A stretch of DNA of 64,000 bases from Terriglobia bacterium (GTDB lineage: Bacteria; Acidobacteriota; Terriglobia; JAJPHL01; JAPKYU01): contig CBDBKE010000001.1 of the NCBI GenBank assembly GCA_965206645.1, forward strand, positions 96,001 through 160,000. The letters run 5' to 3'. Within the stretch, counting starts at the first letter, position 1; every line of letters starts with the position of its first letter. This document shows positions 30,248-38,793 of this stretch, piece by piece. Under the pieces are notes generated by a model that saw only the letters and a program-made list of their open reading frames with translations, was not told where the DNA came from and did not search any database. Both the position numbers and the translations under genes were made by a program.

Positions 30248-30502
30248 ATGCCAACCAGGAAAAGAAAAAGCCTCGAGAAGGAAATAGAACGGGTTGCGCT
30301 ATCGACCGGAGCAGAGCTGGGCGCTGCGCTGGGGCGTCTTGAAAAAGAGGCGCGAACGATAGTGCGCAAAGGGATCGAAATGCAAACGAAGGCGCAGGGC
30401 CGGTCCGTGCTGTTAATGCGGTCGGCCTCTCGGAAATTGGACAAGCTGGCGTCCCAACTCGAGAGTTTCGGTAAGCAAACCCGACGCAAAAAACGGAAGT
30501 AA
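30248..30502 (+). CDS. Small basic helical hypothetical protein
   Basis: 84 aa, Lys/Arg-rich termini, SD AGGAG before ATG. Confidence 0.6.
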   Translation: MPTRKRKSLEKEIERVALSTGAELGAALGRLEKEARTIVRKGIEMQTKAQGRSVLLMRSASRKLDKLASQLESFGKQTRRKKRK

Positions 30503-30540
30503 GGTCTGCCTCTCGGCAGTCCTGAGCCCCTACGCTGCTG

Positions 30541-30663
30541 CTAGCAGGATGCTGAAAAACTCCTGCACAGACTGAAGTCTGGGCCACCGCCAGCTCGCAA
30601 GTTGTTGAAAAGTGGCACAGGCTTCAGCCTGTGGAAGCCTTCTTGGGTCCAGCAGCCTGCTAG
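30541..30663. mobile_element. MITE/REP-like palindromic element flanked by CTAG
   Basis: Terminal IR CTAGCAGG(A/C)TGCTG; internal inverted pair cacagactgaagtctgggccac / gtggcacaggcttcagcctgtg. Confidence 0.65.
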
Positions 30664-31508
30664 AGGGAGGCGGAGGCGATCACGGTCACGTGAGGGCGTC
30701 CGCTGAACGGGTTGCGGTCAATGCGGATCGGCACGCCATACACTTCTTCGAGCGCGGGCCTGGTGAGGACTTCCTCTGGCGTTCCCGAGCAAAAGACTCT
30801 GCCGGCGCGAAGCAGCATCAGGTAGTCGGCGAACTCGGAAGCCAGGTTGACTTCGTGCATCACCGTCACCACCCCGAACTCATACTGAGAGGCCTGACGG
30901 CGGATCAAGCGCAGCAATTCCACCTGGAAACTGATGTCCAGGTTGGCGGTGGGCTCGTCCAGCAGCAACAGTTCCGGTTCCTGAGCCAGAGCGCGCGCCA
31001 GCACCGCGCGCTGGCGCTCCCCGCCGGAAATCTCGTCCATGCGGCGATGCGCCATCGAGCAGATGTGCGTGGCCTCCATGGCCAGGCGCGCCATGCGCGC
31101 ATCTTCTTCGCGCTCGAAACCGAAGCGGCCAGCGTAAGGATAGCGGCCGAGCAGGACGAACTGCTCCACGGTGCTGGGGAACTCCAGGGGCGCTTCCTGG
31201 CGCACGACGGCGATCCGCCGGGCGCGTTCGCGCGGCTCGAGCAGCAAAATTTCGCTCCCGGCAAAGCTGACGTCGCCGTGCGCCGGGCGCAGGAGGCCGG
31301 CCATCAGGCGCAACAGGGTGGACTTGCCGCTGCCGTTAGGTCCGATGATGGCCAGAAAATCCCCCGCGTAGATGTTGAAGCTGAGCGGCCCCAGACGAAA
31401 CCTTCCGTCCTGGGAGCCGTCCAGCCCGCCCCGCCGACGCGGCGCTCGATAGGCAAACTCCACCGAATTGATGTCCAGCAAGAGCCGGCGATCGGGGGCG
31501 GTCGTCAT
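30660..31508 (-). CDS. ABC transporter ATPase (BtuD/FecE-like)
   Basis: GPNGSGKST, ISGGERQR, LLLDEPT, MHE. Confidence 0.92.
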   Translation of the reverse strand: MTTAPDRRLLLDINSVEFAYRAPRRRGGLDGSQDGRFRLGPLSFNIYAGDFLAIIGPNGSGKSTLLRLMAGLLRPAHGDVSFAGSEILLLEPRERARRIAVVRQEAPLEFPSTVEQFVLLGRYPYAGRFGFEREEDARMARLAMEATHICSMAHRRMDEISGGERQRAVLARALAQEPELLLLDEPTANLDISFQVELLRLIRRQASQYEFGVVTVMHEVNLASEFADYLMLLRAGRVFCSGTPEEVLTRPALEEVYGVPIRIDRNPFSGRPHVTVIASASL

Positions 31509-32509
31509 TCGGCCAGCTTCCGGCGCAGCAGGTAGATGAACAACGGCGCTCCCGCCAGCGCCGTGAAGGCGCCGACGGGCAACTCGGTAGGGGCGGCCAC
31601 AGTGCGTGCGGCGGTATCGGCTGCCACCAGCAGGACGGCGCCCGCGAGGGCCGCCACCGGCAGTAACAGCCGGTAGTCATTGCCGAGCAGCAATCGCACC
31701 AAGTGCGGCACCAGAAGGCCCAGAAAGCCGATGGCGCCGGCGTGAGCAACGGCCACCGCCGTCAGGGCGCTGGCGGCCACGAAGACGGCCAGCTTGGCCC
31801 GTGGGACATTTACTCCCAGTGCGGCGGCTTCTTCTTCGCCCACCAGCAGAAGGTTCAGCTCGGCAGCAAACCAGTAGGCGAGCGTGCCGGCGACCAACAC
31901 TGGCAGCAGGCACCAGATCAGAACAGAGATCAGGCCGTCGTTGAACAACCCCAGGTCGCCCATCAGCCAGATCGCCGTGCCGCGCAGGTTTTGGCTGGGC
32001 AGCATGGTCATCAAGCACACAATCATAGCCGAGAGGAACGAGGCGACAATCACGCCGGCCAACAGCAACGACTGCCCGCTCGCGCGCCCGCGTCGGAAGC
32101 CCAAGAGATAAACGATGCCGGTGGTGACTAGAGCTCCCAGCAACCCGGCCAGCGGCTTGCCCCGTTGCCAGGCGGGTGCTACGACCAGGAACAGAATCAC
32201 GCCCAGGGCCGCTCCGCTGGAGATTCCCAGGACGTAGGGCTCGGCCAACGGATTGCGTAGCAAGGCCTGGTAGCAGGCGCCGGCCATCGACAGCGCTGCC
32301 CCCACGATCAATGCCAGCAGCACGCGCGGCACCCGGAGGTCAAACAAGATCACGCCCAGCGTGCTCTGCGGATCGCGCACCGCCTCCAGCACCTTACTAG
32401 GAGTAAACGTCCCACTGGGGCCCAGCAGCAGGGCCACAAGCGTCACCACCACGGCCGTGCACAACACAGCAAGCGACGTCCAGACCACGCGACCGCGGGT
32501 GAGAATCAT
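31505..32509 (-). CDS. FecCD/BtuC-family ABC permease
   Basis: RVPR, RNPLAEP..LGISSGA, GAIGFLGLLVPH, ELPVG. Confidence 0.92.
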   Translation of the reverse strand: MILTRGRVVWTSLAVLCTAVVVTLVALLLGPSGTFTPSKVLEAVRDPQSTLGVILFDLRVPRVLLALIVGAALSMAGACYQALLRNPLAEPYVLGISSGAALGVILFLVVAPAWQRGKPLAGLLGALVTTGIVYLLGFRRGRASGQSLLLAGVIVASFLSAMIVCLMTMLPSQNLRGTAIWLMGDLGLFNDGLISVLIWCLLPVLVAGTLAYWFAAELNLLLVGEEEAAALGVNVPRAKLAVFVAASALTAVAVAHAGAIGFLGLLVPHLVRLLLGNDYRLLLPVAALAGAVLLVAADTAARTVAAPTELPVGAFTALAGAPLFIYLLRRKLAE

Positions 32510-33402
32510 GGTTTCGTCGCAAACGCCTCCGGATGCAGTGCCCGAGCAATCAACTGTTGCATCTCGACCAGCCGAGGCCCGGGGCGCTCCACGTCCCAGG
32601 GCACGTAGATGATGCGCCCTTCCTGCACGGCCGGCAGCTCCCTCCAACCGGGCAGGCGGAGCAACTGCTCGCGGGTAGGCGCGAAGCCTGGGGAGCGCGG
32701 CACCAGGAGGAATTCAGGATTGCTCCGCACCACTTGCTCTACCGACAGGCGCGGCCAGGGCTGGGCAGTGTCGGCAGAGATGGAAACCGCGCCGGTGCGG
32801 CGCAACAGGTCGTCGAGGAAACTGCCGTGTCCCACGCTCACAATCGGGTGCAGCCAGACCAGCAGCACCACGCGCCGCGGCGGGTAGGGCCGGACGGCTG
32901 CTTCGATCTCGGCAGCCTGCCGCTCCAAGCGATCGGCCAGCGCTTCGCCGCGAGCAGCTACCCCGGCAATCGCCGCCACGTCGCGGATCAGTCGAAAGAC
33001 GTCCCCCAGCCGCTCTGCGCTCACGGCGAACACCGGGATTCTCAGGCGCTCCAGCGCCGTCATGGTCTCACGACGGTTCCCTTCGCGACTGATTAGCACC
33101 AGATCTGGCTTCAGACTGACCACCATTTCTACGCTGGGGTTGATCACCCCGCCCACCTTGGGCTTGGATGTGGCTTCGGAAGGGAAGTCGCAGAAATCGG
33201 TGACGCCCACGACCCGGTCGCCCAGCCCCAGAGCAAACAGCGTCTCAGTGAGACTTGGCGCCAGCGACACGATCCGCCGCGGCTGGTCGGGAACCTCGAC
33301 CCGCCGGCCGATGTGGTCGGTGAGCACCCGCGCCACAACGCTCGGCGGCAGCATTGCCGCTGCAGCGCAGGCCACAAGGCAGACAATTGTACCCAGCACC
33401 AT
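32506..33402 (-). CDS. Cobalamin/siderophore-binding periplasmic protein (BtuF-like)
   Basis: RIVSLAPSLTETLFALG, VGVTDFCDFP, RPGPRL. Confidence 0.88.
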   Translation of the reverse strand: MVLGTIVCLVACAAAAMLPPSVVARVLTDHIGRRVEVPDQPRRIVSLAPSLTETLFALGLGDRVVGVTDFCDFPSEATSKPKVGGVINPSVEMVVSLKPDLVLISREGNRRETMTALERLRIPVFAVSAERLGDVFRLIRDVAAIAGVAARGEALADRLERQAAEIEAAVRPYPPRRVVLLVWLHPIVSVGHGSFLDDLLRRTGAVSISADTAQPWPRLSVEQVVRSNPEFLLVPRSPGFAPTREQLLRLPGWRELPAVQEGRIIYVPWDVERPGPRLVEMQQLIARALHPEAFATKP

Positions 33403-33463
33403 TAATTCAGAGCCTACAGCATACCTGCAAACCAGTGCCTGTGGCACGTATAATGCTCGTAGT

Positions 33464-33529
33464 AGGTGTCAGGTTGTAGGCGTGAAGCCCAGCCCGCATT
33501 CTTAAGTTCTCACGCCTGACACCTGACAC
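33464..33529. repeat. Heptamer-based hairpin element (TGACACC) in the btuF-like/aroC divergent intergenic region
   Basis: gtgtcaggttgtaggcgtga ... tcacgcctgacacctgacac inverted repeat. Confidence 0.75.
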
Positions 33530-33539
33530 ATGTCTTCCG

Positions 33540-34712
33540 ATGCTACGCTTTTCTACTGCCGGCGAGTCGCACGGGCAGAGCCTGGTGGCCCTGGTCCAGG
33601 GGCTTCCCTCAGGCATTCCCATAGACCTGGAATTCATTAATACCGAGCTGCGCCGCCGCCAGGGCGGCTACGGGCGCGGCGGGCGCATGAAGATCGAGAC
33701 GGATAACGCCGAGATTCTGTCTGGCGTGCGCCGCGGCTCCACTATCGGCGCCCCGGTGGCCATGCTGATCCGGAACCGGGACTGGGAAAATTGGAAAGAG
33801 AGCCTGCCAGTGGAGGCGCGCGAGGTTCCCGAGTCGCAGCAACGGAAGCTGACTGCGCCGCGGCCGGGGCACGCCGACCTGGCCGGCTGCCTGAAATACA
33901 ATCTGCATGACGCGCGCTTCGTGCTGGAACGGGCCAGTGCGCGGGAAAGCGCAGCGCGGGTCGGCGCCGGCGCTCTGGCCAAGCTGTTGCTGCGTTGCTT
34001 CCACATCGAGGTCTGGAGCCACGTCATCGCTGTGGGGGGCGTTGTGTTGCGCAAGCCGGTCACTTTCGAACAGATTCGCCAGGTGGCCACGCGCCCGGAG
34101 CCGGTGCTTCGCTGCGCGGATCCAGAGACCGAAGCCGCAATGAAGGCCGAAGTGGATAAGGCCTTGCGCACCGGCGATTCGGTGGGCGGTGTCTTCGAGG
34201 TCGTCGCTTGCGGCGTTCCCCCGGGCCTGGGGACCTGCGCCAACTGGGACGAGCGGCTGGACGGCCTGCTGGCCCAGGCGCTCGTGTCGCTGCAGGCGGT
34301 GAAGGCGGTGGAGATCGGCAGCGGCGTCGAAAATGCGTTATCCTTCGGCTCCACCGTGCAGGACCCTATTGGCTACGACCCGCAGCGGCCGGGCTTCACC
34401 CGCAGGAGCAACCGGGCCGGCGGCATCGAAGGGGGCATCAGCAACGGCCAGGAGATCGTCGTGCGCGGCTACCTCAAGCCCATTTCCACCTTGCGCCGTC
34501 CGCTGGAATCGGTGGACCTGGTGACCAAAGAGTCGACGCAGGCAGCCTACGAGCGCTCGGATGTCTGCGTGGTGCCGGCTGCGGGCGTCGGCGGCGAGAC
34601 CATGGTCGCGCTGGTGCTGGCCCGCTGCTTCCTCGAGAAGTTCGGAGGTGACTCGCTCCAGGAAATCGAGCGCAACTACCAGGGCTACCTTAAGCAGTTG
34701 AAGGAGTTCTGA
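33540..34712 (+). CDS. aroC: Chorismate synthase
   Basis: TAGESHG, RPGHAD, ERASARE, KPISTL, ERSD. Confidence 0.97.
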   Translation: MLRFSTAGESHGQSLVALVQGLPSGIPIDLEFINTELRRRQGGYGRGGRMKIETDNAEILSGVRRGSTIGAPVAMLIRNRDWENWKESLPVEAREVPESQQRKLTAPRPGHADLAGCLKYNLHDARFVLERASARESAARVGAGALAKLLLRCFHIEVWSHVIAVGGVVLRKPVTFEQIRQVATRPEPVLRCADPETEAAMKAEVDKALRTGDSVGGVFEVVACGVPPGLGTCANWDERLDGLLAQALVSLQAVKAVEIGSGVENALSFGSTVQDPIGYDPQRPGFTRRSNRAGGIEGGISNGQEIVVRGYLKPISTLRRPLESVDLVTKESTQAAYERSDVCVVPAAGVGGETMVALVLARCFLEKFGGDSLQEIERNYQGYLKQLKEF

Positions 34713-34733
34713 ATCACGGTTCGGAGCGATCAG

Positions 34734-35243
34734 TTGATTTACAAGATCGTGAAATACGGTGATCCCGTGCTGGAACGTGCTGCGGGTCCGGTCACCGAGT
34801 TCAACGCAGATCTGGCCAAGCTGGCCGAGGACATGTTTGAGTCCATGTACGCGGCGCACGGCGTGGGGCTGGCTGCGCCGCAGATCGGCATCGGGCGTCG
34901 CCTCGCTGTGGTGGACCTCACCTCCGGCGAAGACCGGCAGGCCAAACTGGTGCTGTGCAATCCGACGATCCTGCGCACGGAGGGCAAGCACACCCTGGAG
35001 GAGGGATGCCTGAGCCTGCCGACCTTTCGCGCCGAGCTCACCCGCCCCAAGAAGGCCGTGGTCAGGGCCCAAAACCTGAAAGGGGAATGGTTCGAGCTGA
35101 CCGGAGAAGACCTGCTGGCCCGCGCCTTGTGCCATGAAACCGACCACCTGAACGGCCGCCTCTTCATTTCGCACCTTGGTTCCCTGCGCCGCGATCTGAT
35201 CAAGCGCAAGGTGCGCAAATTAATGCGCGCGGGCGAATGGTAG
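34734..35243 (+). CDS. def: Peptide deformylase
   Basis: GVGLAAPQ, EGCLS, HETDH. Confidence 0.96.
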   Translation: MIYKIVKYGDPVLERAAGPVTEFNADLAKLAEDMFESMYAAHGVGLAAPQIGIGRRLAVVDLTSGEDRQAKLVLCNPTILRTEGKHTLEEGCLSLPTFRAELTRPKKAVVRAQNLKGEWFELTGEDLLARALCHETDHLNGRLFISHLGSLRRDLIKRKVRKLMRAGEW

Positions 35244-35247
35244 GAAG

Positions 35248-35347
35248 CCAGGTGTCAGGTTCCAAATTTAAGGTTTAAGCTTCCAAGACACCTGGCACCT
35301 GACAAGCTGGCACCAGACAGGCCGGCACCTGACACATAGCACCTGGC
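35248..35347. repeat. Heptamer repeat/hairpin element (TGGCACC/TGACACC) between def and fmt
   Basis: gccaggtgtcagg ... gacacctggcacctgac ... ggcacctgacacatagcacctggc. Confidence 0.75.
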
Positions 35348-35348
35348 G

Positions 35349-36287
35349 ATGGAACTGGTCTTCATGGGCACTCCGGAATTCGCCCTCCCCGCTTTGAAGG
35401 CGCTGCAGGGGGCAGGGCACCGCGTCCTCGCTGTCTTCACCCAGCCGGACCAGCCTGCCGGGCGGGGTGGCCGGCTGACGGCGCCTCCGGCGAAGCAGGC
35501 CGCACTGGCCCTGGCCTTACCGGTGCACCAGCCGCCCCGGATCCGGACTCCGGAAGTGTTCGACCTGCTGAAATCAATCAAGCCGGAAACCGTGGTGGTG
35601 GTCGGCTACGGAAAGATCCTTCCCCAGCACATTCTGGACTTACCACAGCGCGGTTGCATCAATCTGCATGCCTCGATATTGCCGAAGTACCGGGGAGCGG
35701 CCCCGGTGCAGTGGGCCATTATCCGCGGAGAGACCGTGTCAGGTGTCACCACCATGCGCATGGATGCCGGGCTGGACACGGGCGACATCCTGCTGGCCCG
35801 GGAGACACCCATCGAACCCGAGGAGCACGCGATTTCGCTGGGGCACCGCCTGTCGGAGATCGGCGCGTCGCTGATGTTGGAAACGCTGGAGGGACTCGAG
35901 CGCGACACTCTCACGCCGCTTCCTCAGAACCACGCGCTGGCTACCTCGGCGCCCATTCTAAAGAAGGAGGACGGGCGGATTGATTGGAGCCAGCCGGCAC
36001 GCGACATCACCAACCGTGTGCGTGGTCTGGTGCCTTGGCCGGGAGCGTTCACCACCTTCCGCGGCAGCTTGCTCCACCTGTGGCGAGCGTGCCCAGAGGT
36101 GACAACTCCTCCACACGCCTCGCTGCCGCCCGGCACGCTGCGGGTGGAGGGTAGGCACCTGCTGGCCGCTTGTGGCCAGAGCACCTGGCTGGAGCTTGAC
36201 GAGGTGCAGCGGGAGGGGCGCAAGCGTCTGCCTGCCGCCGATTTTTTGAACGGGGTGCGGATAAGCCCAGGCGAACGCCTGGGCTGA
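35349..36287 (+). CDS. fmt: Methionyl-tRNA formyltransferase
   Basis: FMGTPEFA, TQPD, NLHASILPKYRGAAP, LDTGD. Confidence 0.97.
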   Translation: MELVFMGTPEFALPALKALQGAGHRVLAVFTQPDQPAGRGGRLTAPPAKQAALALALPVHQPPRIRTPEVFDLLKSIKPETVVVVGYGKILPQHILDLPQRGCINLHASILPKYRGAAPVQWAIIRGETVSGVTTMRMDAGLDTGDILLARETPIEPEEHAISLGHRLSEIGASLMLETLEGLERDTLTPLPQNHALATSAPILKKEDGRIDWSQPARDITNRVRGLVPWPGAFTTFRGSLLHLWRACPEVTTPPHASLPPGTLRVEGRHLLAACGQSTWLELDEVQREGRKRLPAADFLNGVRISPGERLG

Positions 36288-36365
36288 GACCACTGAATCA
36301 TTGACGACTGGCTGCTCTAGACAACCCCCACTCGTCAATGGATCCATCATCGCTCAATCAATTTC

Positions 36366-37664
36366 ATGCTGACCCCAGCGCGCCACGTCGCTTTCCAGAT
36401 TCTTCTTCGCGTTGAGTGCGAGCAAAGCTACGCGGCCGAGCTGCTCAACTCGTGGCGGACGGAAAAGCTCTCAGCTGCCGACCGGGGGCTGGCTCAGGAA
36501 CTCGTCATGGGCTGCCTGCGCTGGCAGGGCCAGCTCGATTGGCTGGCCGCCCATTTCTCGGGCAAAGTGCCAGATCGCTGGGACCCCGAGGTGCGCACCG
36601 CGATGCGCCTGGGCATCTACCAGTTGCGCTTCCTCGAACGGATACCGGCGTCGGCCGCAGTGGAACAAAGCGTCGAGCTGGTGAAACGCGTCCGCAAAGG
36701 CTCGGCCTCTGGGTTGGTGAATGCGGTGCTGCGGCAGGTTACCCGCGCACCGCTGGAATCGCTGTTTCCGGCCGGCATGCCGGAATCCGCAAAGCAGCAG
36801 ATCGAGCTCTCCCACCCGGGCTGGCTTCTGGAGCGTTGGGTGCGGAATTATGGGCCGCAGCGAGCCCGGGCCGTCGCGCGCGCCAATAACCACCCGCCAC
36901 CAGTGTTCATCCGGGTTCCCTCAGGCCGAAGCATCGAAGTGGGCCAGCCCTGCCGCTATGTTCGCAACTGCCGGGACGTCACGGGGGAGGTCAAGCGGGT
37001 TGCGAGTCGCTTTTCGGTGCAGGAGGAAGCTTCACAAATCATTCCGCACCTTATGGCGCCGCAAGACGGCGAACGTGTGCTGGACTTGTGCGCCGCGCCA
37101 GGCATGAAAACGGGGGCGCTGGCGGAACTGGCTCCGCAGGCAGAACTGGTAGCCTGCGACCTGCGTCCTGCGCGCCTGCGCCTAGTAAAGAAGCTTGCCG
37201 GCACCGGCCGCGGGCATGCGCCGTTGTGTGTGGCATTGGATGCCACACGCCCGTTGCCCTTTGGTGTGGCCTTCCACAGAATTCTGCTGGATGCGCCCTG
37301 CTCGGGCACCGGGACCATTCGGCGCAATCCGGAGATCAAATGGCGTCTTACGGAAAGCGACCTGAAGGTGCTGGCGGCCAAGCAACGCTTGTTGCTCGAC
37401 AACGCACTGAGCCGGCTGGCGCCGGGCGGCCGTCTCGTCTACTCCACCTGTTCGCTAGAGCCGGAAGAAAATCAGGCCGTAGTCGAGCAAGTGCTGGCAG
37501 ACCGCTCAGGTTTTTTCCTGGTGCCGGTAGAGCAGATGGCAGAGCGCGCCTCAGAGTTCCTCACCGAGACCGGGCGAGATTTGCTCCGCGGCCAGTATCT
37601 CGAAACCTTCCCCGACCAGAACCTGGACGGCTTCTTCGCCGCCGTGATCGAGCGCCGCAGATAA
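36366..37664 (+). CDS. rsmB: 16S rRNA m5C967 methyltransferase
   Basis: NusB-like N-terminus, LDLCAAPG.KT, DAPCSGTG, YSTCS. Confidence 0.92.
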   Translation: MLTPARHVAFQILLRVECEQSYAAELLNSWRTEKLSAADRGLAQELVMGCLRWQGQLDWLAAHFSGKVPDRWDPEVRTAMRLGIYQLRFLERIPASAAVEQSVELVKRVRKGSASGLVNAVLRQVTRAPLESLFPAGMPESAKQQIELSHPGWLLERWVRNYGPQRARAVARANNHPPPVFIRVPSGRSIEVGQPCRYVRNCRDVTGEVKRVASRFSVQEEASQIIPHLMAPQDGERVLDLCAAPGMKTGALAELAPQAELVACDLRPARLRLVKKLAGTGRGHAPLCVALDATRPLPFGVAFHRILLDAPCSGTGTIRRNPEIKWRLTESDLKVLAAKQRLLLDNALSRLAPGGRLVYSTCSLEPEENQAVVEQVLADRSGFFLVPVEQMAERASEFLTETGRDLLRGQYLETFPDQNLDGFFAAVIERRR

Positions 37665-37809
37665 ACAGTAGATGAATAAGTTTGCGGACAGCGGACGGGC
37701 GACACAGAGGTGAAGTTGACAAACTCTTTCAGCGAACGGTAGAGTTACCAACCGCAGAAGACAGGAAACCGAACGAAGTGCTGCGCGTACGAAGCGGGTG
37801 GGAAGGGCT

Positions 37810-38786
37810 GTGTCTAAAAAGTCAGCAGCGGTCGTGCAATCTGACGAAGAGGCGCTCTACTGGCTGGCAAGGTAGCGCAACTGGGTTACGAATTGGTTAC
37901 CTTCCTGGACCCGCGACACCCGCCCGCCCTCAAAGAGATTTTCGAACCACCGGTGCTGTTGTACGCACGGGGCGATGTCACACTGCTGTCTCAGCTATGT
38001 CTGGCCATTGTGGGTTCGCGCAGGCCAACGCCTTACGGTAGCGCCATCGCCGAGCGGCTGGCCGCTGACCTGGCAGGGCGCGGCCTGGCGATCGCCAGCG
38101 GGATGGCCCGCGGCATTGACAGTGCGGCCCACCGGGACGCGCTGTCGGCCAACGGCAAAACGATTGCCGTGCTAGGCTGTGGCATGGACGTCTGCTATCC
38201 CAGAGAGAATAAGAAATTGAAGGCGGAAATCGAGCAAAAAGGAGTGGTGATCAGCGAATTCCCCCTGGGCACGTTTGCTGCGCCCCAGAACTTCTCCATC
38301 CGCAACCGCATCATCAGCGGCCTTTCGCTGGGAGTAATGGTGGTGGAGGCGGCGCAATACAGCGGCTCGCTCATCACTGCGCGGCTGGCCATGGAGCAGA
38401 ACCGCGAGGTGTTCGCCGTGCCGGGCAACATCACCAACAAGTACAGTTGGGGACCCAATACTCTCATTAAGCAGGGCGCCAAGTTGGTACAGGACTGGAA
38501 GGATGTCATTGAGGAGCTGCCGGCTAAGGCCCGCCAGACCCTGCTGGCCGCCCCAGTTTCTGAATCCGGGGAGGCCCCCGCCGCGTCTTTATTTACCGAG
38601 TCGCTGTCGGAGATCGAGCAGGCGCTTTACGAAGTGCTCCGCGTGGACGAGCCAGCACACATTGACGCTCTGCTCGATGCCCTGCCCCGCTTTACGTCTC
38701 CGGAGATCTTAGCGGCGCTTCTTGAATTAGAGCTGAAAGGGCGCATTCGGCAGTTGCCGGGAAAGAATTTTGTTAAGTTGTTATAG
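37810..38786 (+). pseudogene. dprA: DprA/Smf with out-of-frame N-terminal internal deletion
   Basis: Core AIVGSR, SGMARGID, RNRIISGLS, SGSLITA intact; upstream GTG frame ...EEALYWLAR* is out of frame with KVAQLGYELVT. Confidence 0.8.
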
Positions 38787-38793
38787 GAAACAG

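Noticed and set aside
33403-33539. Cobalamin riboswitch upstream of the BtuF-like operon
   Set aside because: The intergenic region is only 137 bp, mostly the heptamer hairpin, and no B12 box is visible
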